A program made the translations under genes and the position numbers. The notes beneath the pieces were generated by a model that made no database searches, was not told the origin of the DNA, and saw only the letters and a program-made list of their open reading frames with translations. Of a stretch of 64,000 bases of DNA, positions 1-9,229 are shown in pieces. The DNA comes from an uncultured delta proteobacterium (GTDB lineage Bacteria > Desulfobacterota > Desulfobacteria > Desulfobacterales > JAHEIW01): positions 448,001-512,000 of the forward strand of contig CAVPNL010000001.1 of NCBI GenBank assembly GCA_963706575.1. Reading direction: 5' to 3'. Each line of letters begins with the position of its first letter. The stretch's first letter is position 1.

Positions 1-203
1 TTTTCTGGACTAATATTCACTTCCTTTAAAGAGGCGGTCTCCCAGCCGTCATCAATTTTCTCGGGCTGTTGGTATGTATATTCGTGCTGCGGCAGGCCAT
101 AAGGGTTGACTCTTGGTGACCAGAGGCTGCATGATGCGACAAATAAGATAAAAATCGGAAACAAAGGTAAATACATGTTCGGGTTATTAAGGCTTCGAAT
201 CAT
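1..203 (-). CDS. Partial (5' end only) lipoprotein, probably serine hydrolase/beta-lactamase family
   Basis: Manual translation MIRSLNNPNMYLPLFPIFILFVASCSLWSPRVNPYGLPQHEYTYQQPEKIDDGWETASLKEVNISPE. It has a lipobox-like VASC and a GAGGAG RBS. The YQQPEKIDDGWETASL segment resembles serine hydrolase N-termini. Runs off the window edge. Confidence 0.55.
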   Translation of the reverse strand, partial: MIRSLNNPNMYLPLFPIFILFVASCSLWSPRVNPYGLPQHEYTYQQPEKIDDGWETASLKEVNISPE

Positions 204-250
204 CCTTTCTCCTCTTTTCATTTTGTTTCGGCTCAATAACGGCAAATTTT

Positions 251-1012
251 TTATCTGCTTATAAAATCTTCAATTATGGGCGCCAAGTCCATAAAGTTTA
301 CCTGCATTTCCTTCTCTAAATCTTTGACTTCTCCTTCTTCATAGGAAGGGCCGAATTGGGCGTTAATCGGTATGCTTTTTTGCTCACAATATCTTTTAAG
401 GGATGGTTTGGTCATATTTGCGATCAAAAAGGCGTTGTTTGCGCCACCCCATTCAAAATGCGGTCCGTCACCACCGCTGTCGCCCATGATGATGATGTTG
501 TTTGATGGAATATTAAAAGAATGAACGACCGATTCAGTATTTTTGCCCTTGTCCATCGTATCAAAAAGGTCGTAAATGTGTCGTGGATCTGCATCACCCT
601 TCGGGTAGCGAACCATCGGATGGGCGGATAGCACCGGCACTTTTGGAAGCAGATTTTTTGCGAAAACCCGTTGAAAATAACCGATCATACCGGTGGTGTT
701 GATCATCAGCAGGAGATTGTTACGCTGGCACCATTCGATGAGTTCCGGAACGCCGCTATAGGTAGCAAAGGAATCATCCAGATATTGATCCATCTGTTTT
801 TCGGTGATGGGGGCCGGCAACAATTTCTGAATTTGACGGACAGCTTCACCCAGGGAAATGAAATTGCCCGTATACTGCTTAAAGATGCTTTCTAATTGAC
901 TAGCGAGTTGTGGATAGTTGAAAGAAATGAAATCAAACGGACCGCAGGGCGCCAGGCACTCATTCCAGTCTGATGAAACCATGGCTTTGTATGTTTTATT
1001 TTTGGAATCCAT
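251..1012 (-). CDS. HAD-superfamily hydrolase-like protein
   Basis: N-terminal SSDWNECL (variant motif I) and C-terminal MGDSGGD (motif IV); start taken at MDSKN. Confidence 0.6.
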   Translation of the reverse strand: MDSKNKTYKAMVSSDWNECLAPCGPFDFISFNYPQLASQLESIFKQYTGNFISLGEAVRQIQKLLPAPITEKQMDQYLDDSFATYSGVPELIEWCQRNNLLLMINTTGMIGYFQRVFAKNLLPKVPVLSAHPMVRYPKGDADPRHIYDLFDTMDKGKNTESVVHSFNIPSNNIIIMGDSGGDGPHFEWGGANNAFLIANMTKPSLKRYCEQKSIPINAQFGPSYEEGEVKDLEKEMQVNFMDLAPIIEDFISR

Positions 1013-1134
1013 GAAAAATCTTTTAACGATTTGCGAAAATAAAAACAAGGTGCAATTCTGTACTTGATTTTTGACTTTATCCCGAAAATGTATGATCTTA
1101 TTTTAAGAATAGAATTTGAAAAAGGCCATAAATC

Positions 1135-2779
1135 TTGAACAGAAATGATGATTACATAAAAATAGCTAACAATTATTTTGATTTTTTGGCCGGGCACTTC
1201 CCGGTGATGTGCGCTAGCGATGAATTTGACTTTCTCCCCCGAGCAGAAAATGCTGCCAAACACTATGACAAACTGGATAAATTCGATTCTGATGCAATCG
1301 AAGAATCTATTGATAAACTGAAAAGTTATCACAATCAATTTGAAGCGACCAATGATGAAGCCGGAGATCTCGATCGTTTCATCGATCTCAAATTGCTGCA
1401 AGCCAATGCTGCCGGCATTTTAATCGAGCTGGATACCAAGCGCTCCTGGCGCTACAATCCGTTGCTGTATTTGAAAATCGGTTTTATCGGTCTGGACCAT
1501 GCCTTGAACAAACCGGCCGAAGACCCTCAGGAACTTCGGGAAAGAGCACTGGCACGATTGTCCGGTATCCCAGATCTTCTCAAAAATGGAATTGACAATA
1601 TCCAATCCGTGCCCGAAACTTATTACCAGGCATCATTGATGATGGCCGCGGATTGCAAACAATACCTGAATGAACTCGGCAACGATCTATCACAGATATT
1701 TGTCGATCATCATGACGCGGCTACCGGCGCTTTGAACAATGTTGCCGGTGCTCTCGAGGGTTTTAGCCGGTTTTTAAAATCCAAATCCCCTGAGCCCGAT
1801 AAACAGTTTGCAGTTTCCACTTTAGAGACCTCATTAAAAGATCATTTTTTAGCGAGCCATTCACCCGAAGAAATATTTGTAATTGCCAGGGAAGGATGGC
1901 AGGAAGATTTTAGGGCAGCTTGATAATCTGCAATCCCGAATAGACCCAAATAAAACCTGGGAGCAACTCTATCATGAACACACGCCTTCTCTGATAGAGG
2001 AAACCAAAATCTTTTCCCTTTATAAAGAAGAGATTATTCGGTTGCGGACATTTTTCAGCCAAAACGGATTTAGCGAAGAACTACTGAGTTCGCCGATCGA
2101 AATTAAATACACCCCTACCTATCTCAAATCCGTGAGGAGTTCTGCTTCCTTTGCAGCCGCATTTAGTAGGGACCCCCGTGAAAAGAGCTATTTTTATATT
2201 TCGACGCATTTTCCACAGCATAACAGCCCAAAAACCGACCATCACCTTCAAAGACGTTTGAATCGTGAATACAAAATGCTGACCGCACATGAGACAATAC
2301 CCGGACATCATTTCCTGGATTCTTTCCGCCGTATGCTTAACAATCCAATTCGCCGGCAGATCGAGTCTCCTCTTTTTTATGAAGGCTGGGCCTCTTATGC
2401 AGAGTCAATGTTGATCGAATACGGCTACTTAAATGATCCCTTGGAATCGCTCGTCAGTCTCAAGCGAGAATTGTGGCGTTCGGCGCGATGTCAAATCGAT
2501 GTGGGATTTACAATTGGAAAGCTTTCTGAACAGGCGGCATTGGACTTATTAAAAACATGCGGATTTGCATCGGCGGAAGCAAAAAGGCAACTGGATCGCT
2601 TTCGTCTCAATCCCGGGTATCAGCTGTGCTATGGTTACGGCAGTCATGAATTTAAACAATTGAAGAAAAAATACGGCCATTTATTAGAAGGCAAGGATTT
2701 CTACAGCCTCCTCCTCGAAGGTGGGGAATTACCATTTCACCTAATTGAGAAGCGATTTCAAAACTTCCATTTAAGATAA
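1135..2779 (+). pseudogene. DUF885-family protein split by a +1 frameshift (pseudogene or sequencing error)
   Basis: ORFs 1135-1923 and 1883-2779. Removing one T from the run at 1908-1911 joins them (EGWQEDLGQLDNL). AHETIPGHH and EGWA motifs lie in the second half. Confidence 0.75.
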
Positions 2780-2806
2780 CTGTAAGTCCAATAATTCTTA
2801 GTTCAA

Positions 2807-5800
2807 TTAATTGATTTCCGACCGGTGTTCTTCCAGCGGGAGGGACATCGGAGAATTATCAAGGACAGGATGCTTTACATCCGGCATGGCGCCGTACAAA
2901 TATCGGATTTCGGCTTTATCGTCCAATGGATGCGCGAGGTGTATCCGGATCGTATGGGAATCATGGCGGTATATTTTTGTGATAGGGACGGGAGCACCCC
3001 GGGCGATGACTTCCCATCCGGTAATTCCTGAAGTCGGGGTGAAATCACTGCCGCCACTGTGGTTGATTGCGATCTCTATGGTGCTGTTATCAATTTGCTT
3101 TACGCTGGTTACACGCGGGCCCCGGTAGTATGTCTCTTTGCCTAAGATATACAGAACCGTTTGGGCTACCCTGTTCCCCATCGATATATATGCTTTTGGT
3201 GTGAGGTGCTGCCGACCGTGGTTCTTAAGATCAAGCGTAGTCGCTGCTAAATAGCAGTCGGCAACGTTCTCGACAACATGCCTTTGGGCATTGCGGATAT
3301 CCTGGTGAGGTTCGTCTTTGCCTCCGGGGCGTTTGATCATCATAACGACCAGAAAAGGCAAGTTTTCACGAGCCGAACCATTGGCGATGTCGGATCTCAC
3401 TTGATTTATAATAAAATGTTCAAGGGAGTCTGCATATTCTTTCTCTGTTACGGTACCTCGCGCTGCGTCCGCTTCGCCCTGTATCCAGATTACAAATTCC
3501 GCGGCACCGCCTGCTTTGGATACGCCGGTAATAAAACGATCATAGATCGAATTCGGCGATATATCTTCCCAGTAGCCTGTGCCCCAATCGGCTTCCTTTC
3601 TCAATCCCGATCCATTAACCGAAAAATTCAGGAGCCCGACCGGAATCCCCAGCCGTTCGATTATGCGGTTACCAAAGGCAATTGCTGCATTGCCTTGAAC
3701 CGTTAATTTGGACCAGCTGTTATCACTAAATTTGCGTAGCAGCGAATGGCCTTTTAAATCCTTACCGGTGAAAAACCATTCTTTCATGTTCGACTGACCC
3801 AGGCAGGCGATTAATATTCCAACGCCCCATTTATGCTGGCCATTGATGAAAACTGTATGATCAGTATGACTGCGGACCTGGATGTTATACCACCCCCCCT
3901 GCGGCACATCTGCAAGTTTACCGACAAAGATTCCGTTTCGCGGTGCAGAATCGATAACCGTCCACGGTACGATTTCTTCAATGGTGTTGTTCCTGACCAC
4001 CCGCGCTTCTATGGGTTCAATTTGTCCGCTGTAAGTCCCGGAGACGACGATATCCGCACTTTGTTCATGGCGTTGAAAAATACTTCCATCTTCAAAATCG
4101 TTTACAGTTAGGGAGGGTGCTGTCGAGACCGGTATTGAAGCAATTATATCAGTTATTTCAGAAGCATGTGGCTCATCTTTCATGTTCACTGTTAAGGTAT
4201 TTGAATTTCTAATTTCGACTTGCTTCTCCGAAATGGGAATCTTGGAGTCTTCTGGCATGGGTTCATTTTTGTCTTGCGGTTTTTTTTCAGAAATCAGGCG
4301 CTTCTTTAATAGCGATGGGTCGCTGTTTGCGGGAGAATCTATATCAGAACTGGTACTTGGTTCGTTTTCATTCGACTTTGGATCCGTAATGTCCATGCCG
4401 GGATCCGATTCGGTTACGATGGTTTCTGATTCAGTGTCCTGGCTATCGGTCTCATTTTTATTATCCGATTTGGCCAGTAAAAATTTTTCTCCCTCGGGTT
4501 CGACACCACCTGGAATTTCAGGAAATTCGAGTATCTCAGCCGATTGCAAAATGAGCACCCCGGCTTTATTGCCTGGATGAATTTTCAGCGATATCAACTC
4601 TTGAAAGGGAAGTGGCAAATACAATGTTGTGATTCCAGGCTTGAGGGATTTGAGTTTAACAAGGGCAGGAGTGGTCATGTACTCGACAGTCATGATGTCG
4701 GAGTGCAGTGCTTCAGCGGTTAGCTTCAGGACTCTGAAGATACGATCATTTGATGCCGGAATGGCCGGGAGCTTAAAAGAGGATCGATGGCCGACTGATT
4801 TGATCTCCAGGTACTGGCTGCTTTTATCGAGCGACACATTTGAGCCCGGTATAGAACTCTTAAGATCGAGCAGATAACGATCAGGGATGGAAGCTTCGGT
4901 TTCAAATGTTGAAAAAAAGCTGTCAATTTCAAGACGTATCGTTCCCAGTTCGGATTCTGCCCTTTCAAGTAAGATGAGATCGCTGGCGTACAAATCTTCT
5001 CCATATTGTCTTGATGGGATACTGTCTGTGCGGATTACCTGAAGCTGACTGAATATTTGTGCCATGTAAGGGATAAGATTTTCAATATAATCATCTCCAT
5101 AGACGATTGCGGTTGAAAATTCAGACTGTACTTTAGATGCGATGTGCATAACCGGGGCATCATCAACCGCGGACAAGAAACCCATCAAATGCCTGGCAAG
5201 ATCACCGTCGCTGCCCGAATCACGGCGCTTGTAATCAAATACCCGTTTCTGTTTGTCGCCCTGAATCACCTGTGCCTGGATCGCCTCAGCAGCAACCCCG
5301 GCGCCCAGATCATTCCAACAGGTACCGGCTTTATCATAAAGCAGCGTATTGTTTGTTCTGGCGTCCAGTAGCAATTGTTCGAGCCTCACAAAGCTTTTCA
5401 CAGGGTTCAATTCATTGGCTTTGAGAAACAGGTCGTACTGGCTGCGATTACAGGCCGTGCTCTTTGGCACAAATCCCACATTTTCAGGATAGATCGTTGA
5501 TTTGTTCGGTGCGACAATAAATAAGAACCGACGACCGGTCGCTTCTATTATCTTTTCGATGGCGTGAAGATCTAAAATCAACCGTTGTATGTCCTGCATT
5601 CGATCGCAGGCTTCCTTGCGATAGTCATCAATAGATTGACGGCTGTAAAGCCATCCATTCTTGCCAATATGAACCTCTTCGATGTCGGTCATATGGAATA
5701 TGCGGTAATCCAACCAGCGTTTGGCGAGAATGAGCGGACTTCGCAAAGAAAAGCTGTCATTGAAATATTGGTCGAAAGACCCGTAGTATTCGTTGTCGAA

Positions 5801-5935
5801 AAGAGCCCGCCTATCAAACCGGGGAGGTTTTAATCCAATTCGATTCACTCCAAGGTTAAAATCAAAGTCGATTAACCATACCACGGCCGGTGTTAAAAGA
5901 AGGAAGACAAAAATGATTGAAAATATTTTTTTCAT
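2807..5935 (-). CDS. Fusion: AlgJ/AlgX-like SGNH domain + acidic linker + SASA/CE6-like SGNH acetylesterase
   Basis: N-terminal TM, then VHIGKNGWLY and VAPNKSTIYPE (ALGX-like). C-terminal GQSNM and WIQGEAD esterase blocks. Directly downstream of the MBOAT gene. Confidence 0.75.
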   Translation of the reverse strand: MKKIFSIIFVFLLLTPAVVWLIDFDFNLGVNRIGLKPPRFDRRALFDNEYYGSFDQYFNDSFSLRSPLILAKRWLDYRIFHMTDIEEVHIGKNGWLYSRQSIDDYRKEACDRMQDIQRLILDLHAIEKIIEATGRRFLFIVAPNKSTIYPENVGFVPKSTACNRSQYDLFLKANELNPVKSFVRLEQLLLDARTNNTLLYDKAGTCWNDLGAGVAAEAIQAQVIQGDKQKRVFDYKRRDSGSDGDLARHLMGFLSAVDDAPVMHIASKVQSEFSTAIVYGDDYIENLIPYMAQIFSQLQVIRTDSIPSRQYGEDLYASDLILLERAESELGTIRLEIDSFFSTFETEASIPDRYLLDLKSSIPGSNVSLDKSSQYLEIKSVGHRSSFKLPAIPASNDRIFRVLKLTAEALHSDIMTVEYMTTPALVKLKSLKPGITTLYLPLPFQELISLKIHPGNKAGVLILQSAEILEFPEIPGGVEPEGEKFLLAKSDNKNETDSQDTESETIVTESDPGMDITDPKSNENEPSTSSDIDSPANSDPSLLKKRLISEKKPQDKNEPMPEDSKIPISEKQVEIRNSNTLTVNMKDEPHASEITDIIASIPVSTAPSLTVNDFEDGSIFQRHEQSADIVVSGTYSGQIEPIEARVVRNNTIEEIVPWTVIDSAPRNGIFVGKLADVPQGGWYNIQVRSHTDHTVFINGQHKWGVGILIACLGQSNMKEWFFTGKDLKGHSLLRKFSDNSWSKLTVQGNAAIAFGNRIIERLGIPVGLLNFSVNGSGLRKEADWGTGYWEDISPNSIYDRFITGVSKAGGAAEFVIWIQGEADAARGTVTEKEYADSLEHFIINQVRSDIANGSARENLPFLVVMMIKRPGGKDEPHQDIRNAQRHVVENVADCYLAATTLDLKNHGRQHLTPKAYISMGNRVAQTVLYILGKETYYRGPRVTSVKQIDNSTIEIAINHSGGSDFTPTSGITGWEVIARGAPVPITKIYRHDSHTIRIHLAHPLDDKAEIRYLYGAMPDVKHPVLDNSPMSLPLEEHRSEIN

Positions 5936-5942
5936 TATCCGT

Positions 5943-7370
5943 TTAAAACCGATAGTAAATAAAGGGACTGCTCGCGCCACCCACAATAAGCGCCGCGCAA
6001 TACGGAAGCACCAGCAGGATCATTAAAGCACCCGCAAGCAACGGGACCGGATCTTTTTTGTCTATTAATTGTCTTATCAAAGAAAAGTCACCCGGCAGGA
6101 AGAATACCGGCAATGCTGCTATCAGAATAAGAAGGTTTCGGTAGTTCAACGCTCGGCTTAGTTCGTAAGAAACGGGCCAATCCGTTATGGTGAACATGGC
6201 GCCCAGAAACCTGATGGCCTGGGCGATATCTTCTGAGCGGAATAGCACCCAGCCGATAACAATGATTAACAGCGTTATGACACGACGCATAATTTTGTAT
6301 TTTTCCAGGGCAATTTCACGCATACCCGTAACACGTTCCAGAATCAGGAATACGCCATGGTAAATTCCCCAGATCAGGAATGTCCAATTTGCTCCATGCC
6401 ACAACCCGCAAAGGATACAAACAATTGCCATGTTCAGACAGGTTCTTGATGTTGTGCGACGGTTGCCTCCAAGGGGAATGTACAGGTAATCTCTAAACCA
6501 GCGACTCAAAGTGATATGCCAGCGACGCCAGAAGTCGGTAATACTAACGGCAGAATAGGGACGGTTGAAATTTTCGGGGAATGTAAAGCCAAACATCATG
6601 CCCATGCCAATGGCCATATCCGAATAGGCGGAGAAATCGAAATAGATCTGGAGTGTGTAGGTAATGGCACCAAGCCAGGCGACTTTTGTATCAAGCAATT
6701 CCAATTGGAGGCCAAAAACAACGTCCGTGATCTGGGCGCAGGAACTGGCGATCACTACTTTTTTTAACAGACCCCAGCAAAAGCGTAAGGTTCCGTAGTA
6801 GAAATTGTTCCAGGATTCACGGCGCTCCTTAAGCTGACGCCGTATATAGCTGAAGCGCACGATGGGCCCGGCAATGAGTTGCGGAAACATCGCAATGTAT
6901 AGGGCGAAATCAATAACATTCACAAGCGCACGGCTTTTTCCCCGGTAGACATCGATAATATAACTGAGTTTTTGGAACGTAAAAAATGAAATACCAATGG
7001 GAAGGATAACGGCATTCCACTCGATTGGGAAAAATTTCAATCCTAAAGGGAGGTTATTGAGTTCGGCCACGAAAAAATTGGCGTATTTAAAATAGGCCAG
7101 AAGTCCTAAATTAAGAAGCAGTGAAAAACTCAGCCACAATTTTTTGTATTTGACCTTGCGGTCGATCAGACGCCCGAGCAGATAGTCTGCCAAAGTGGAC
7201 AGGATCAGAATCAAAAGAAAACCGGCAGCACCGTATAGGTAAAATAGATAACTGAAAAAAAGAAGAACGATGTTGCGCAGTTTTTGAGGGGTCAGCAGTT
7301 GCTGGCCATAATAACTTATGATTACCGCGGGGAGAAAGCCGAACAGGAAAATAGTGGTTGAAAATACCAT
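5943..7370 (-). CDS. algI: MBOAT O-acyltransferase, AlgI-like
   Basis: LPIGISFFTFQ, FPQLIAGPI, YFDFSAYSDMA, FWRRWHITLS and GLWHGA motifs; polytopic membrane protein. Confidence 0.9.
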   Translation of the reverse strand: MVFSTTIFLFGFLPAVIISYYGQQLLTPQKLRNIVLLFFSYLFYLYGAAGFLLILILSTLADYLLGRLIDRKVKYKKLWLSFSLLLNLGLLAYFKYANFFVAELNNLPLGLKFFPIEWNAVILPIGISFFTFQKLSYIIDVYRGKSRALVNVIDFALYIAMFPQLIAGPIVRFSYIRRQLKERRESWNNFYYGTLRFCWGLLKKVVIASSCAQITDVVFGLQLELLDTKVAWLGAITYTLQIYFDFSAYSDMAIGMGMMFGFTFPENFNRPYSAVSITDFWRRWHITLSRWFRDYLYIPLGGNRRTTSRTCLNMAIVCILCGLWHGANWTFLIWGIYHGVFLILERVTGMREIALEKYKIMRRVITLLIIVIGWVLFRSEDIAQAIRFLGAMFTITDWPVSYELSRALNYRNLLILIAALPVFFLPGDFSLIRQLIDKKDPVPLLAGALMILLVLPYCAALIVGGASSPFIYYRF

Positions 7371-7467
7371 ATATAAACATAATAGACTATTTCATGGGAA
7401 GTAGTCTATTGTTATGTCCTTTATTTAATCTGCAAACACTGACACCTGACACCATAGATCTTGAGCA

Positions 7468-8409
7468 TTAAGTTTGAATCAATCCGTAAACGTGTTCCTT
7501 GCCCGTCCTTCCCTTGATTTCGACAGCCCCGAGATCCTTTGTCCTGAGATCGTCACGGATGAGTTCTGCAGTTTGCGAGCAGATCACTATTTTTTCAGAT
7601 AATTCTTTGTTGGCAAGACCGGATAAACGGAATGCCAAATTTGTGCAGTCACCAACCAGCGCTAAATCGGCCGCACGCGAACCATAGTGTGACATCGTGA
7701 CTTTACCGGTAGTTATTCCCCATCCCATCTGAAGATTATCAGCTGCAATATTTTTACCGCTTAATTTGGTGCGGATCTCGTTTATCGTCTGGGTTTGCTG
7801 GATTGCGGCCTGACAGGCCAAAACGGCCTGTTTGCTTATCGGTTCAACCGCATGATCCCAAAACGCGTAGACGGCGTCGCCGGCGTAATCTTTAATGGTT
7901 CCTTTGAAATTGTACACAATGGCGCTGAAGGTATCAAATATTTCCTTCATCAGGGCATAGACATCGGATGACGCGTTTGCCTGAGAGAAAGTGGTAAACT
8001 CTCTGACATCAGCGACAACATTGGTCACCATTATCTCGGTCGGGATCACGCGGGTGCCATCCGTTAAAATGGCTGCATCGGTAACATCGGTAACATTTTC
8101 AGGGTAAAACACGCGCAAAGAGAATCCGCCTAAACCAATGGTATCTCCATCAGCGAGGTTACTGGATGCACCCGCTGCCAATCGGATACCGTTTACCCAG
8201 GTACCATTTTTGCTTCTATCGGTAATTTGAAGCTGTTCCGCCCGGCGGCTAATTACGGCATGGTCCCTGGATATCTGTTCATCCTGCACCAGGATCCTTT
8301 TTTGTGGGTCCACTCCCTTGCAGCTACGTCCGATAAAAACCTTATCGACGATTTCTAACTGTTGAGTTTGACGGTTCTCATCGACCCATTCCAAATAAGG
8401 TTTCGGCAT
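7468..8409 (-). CDS. FHA domain + class III nucleotide cyclase
   Basis: FHA: IGRS, SRDH, SKNGTWVNG. Cyclase: VADVREFT, AGDAV, GDCTNLAFRL, IKGR. Confidence 0.88.
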   Translation of the reverse strand: MPKPYLEWVDENRQTQQLEIVDKVFIGRSCKGVDPQKRILVQDEQISRDHAVISRRAEQLQITDRSKNGTWVNGIRLAAGASSNLADGDTIGLGGFSLRVFYPENVTDVTDAAILTDGTRVIPTEIMVTNVVADVREFTTFSQANASSDVYALMKEIFDTFSAIVYNFKGTIKDYAGDAVYAFWDHAVEPISKQAVLACQAAIQQTQTINEIRTKLSGKNIAADNLQMGWGITTGKVTMSHYGSRAADLALVGDCTNLAFRLSGLANKELSEKIVICSQTAELIRDDLRTKDLGAVEIKGRTGKEHVYGLIQT

Positions 8410-8477
8410 GATTCCACTTTCAAAGCGGGTAAAATTAAAAAGATTGGTTTGAAGCGCCGGGTAATATTAATGACACA

Positions 8478-9206
8478 TTATTTAATGGCGGCCAGAACAA
8501 CGGTAATATTATCGGCTCCACCGGCAACCTTAGCGGACTCAATCAGGTCTTCGGCTTTTTGGTTGAGATCGATATCGGAGCACAGAATATCCTGAATCTG
8601 ATCATCTTGAATCATATCGGTCAGGCCGTCTGAACAGAGAAGAAACAGATCTTCAGGGTAAAATTTCCCATCCAATAGATCGATCGTGAGCTCTTCCTTT
8701 ACTCCAACTGCACGGAAGATGACGTTGCGCATGGGGTGGTTTTTGGCCTGGTCGGGAGATATCAGACCCTCTTGAAGCTGCTGTTGAACAAGCGTATGGT
8801 CCTGGGTGAGCTGCGCCAGTTGCCCGTTCCTTAATCGATAGGTACGGCTATCTCCGATATGACCGAGAATAAAACCTTCGTCAAAAAATGCCAACAATTC
8901 TGCGGTACAGCCCATCCCCCGGTGACTGGGGTGCTGAGTGACGTGCTCTAAAATTTTTTCATTTGCGCTGCTGTAGGCTTTTTGAACCCGATACAGAATT
9001 TCTTTCTCAGAACGATGGGTATTATCTGAAAAAATTTCGAGCGCTGTTTCTGCAAAAATTTTGCTGGCGACCTCACCTGCAGCTGCGCCACCCATGCCGT
9101 CCGCTGCAAGGCAGAAATCCTGCTCGGGACTCAGGGAAAATACATCTTCATTATTTTCACGTTTAAGTCCGGTATCGGTTTTGCCGGCGAATATTTTTGG
9201 GGGCAT
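8478..9206 (-). CDS. PP2C-type (Stp1/PrpC-like) Ser/Thr phosphatase
   Basis: RENNED, ADGMGG, HIGDSR, LCSDGL and DNITV motifs. Confidence 0.93.
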   Translation of the reverse strand: MPPKIFAGKTDTGLKRENNEDVFSLSPEQDFCLAADGMGGAAAGEVASKIFAETALEIFSDNTHRSEKEILYRVQKAYSSANEKILEHVTQHPSHRGMGCTAELLAFFDEGFILGHIGDSRTYRLRNGQLAQLTQDHTLVQQQLQEGLISPDQAKNHPMRNVIFRAVGVKEELTIDLLDGKFYPEDLFLLCSDGLTDMIQDDQIQDILCSDIDLNQKAEDLIESAKVAGGADNITVVLAAIK

Positions 9207-9229
9207 ATTAAACTCCTCTGGTTTTCGGC

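Noticed and set aside
1921..1923. TGA as selenocysteine or readthrough in the DUF885 gene
   Set aside because: The continuation is in a different frame, so a frameshift explains it.
7468..8409. Pycsar-type anti-phage cyclase
   Set aside because: No adjacent cNMP-binding TIR or TM effector is visible; the context is kinase signalling.
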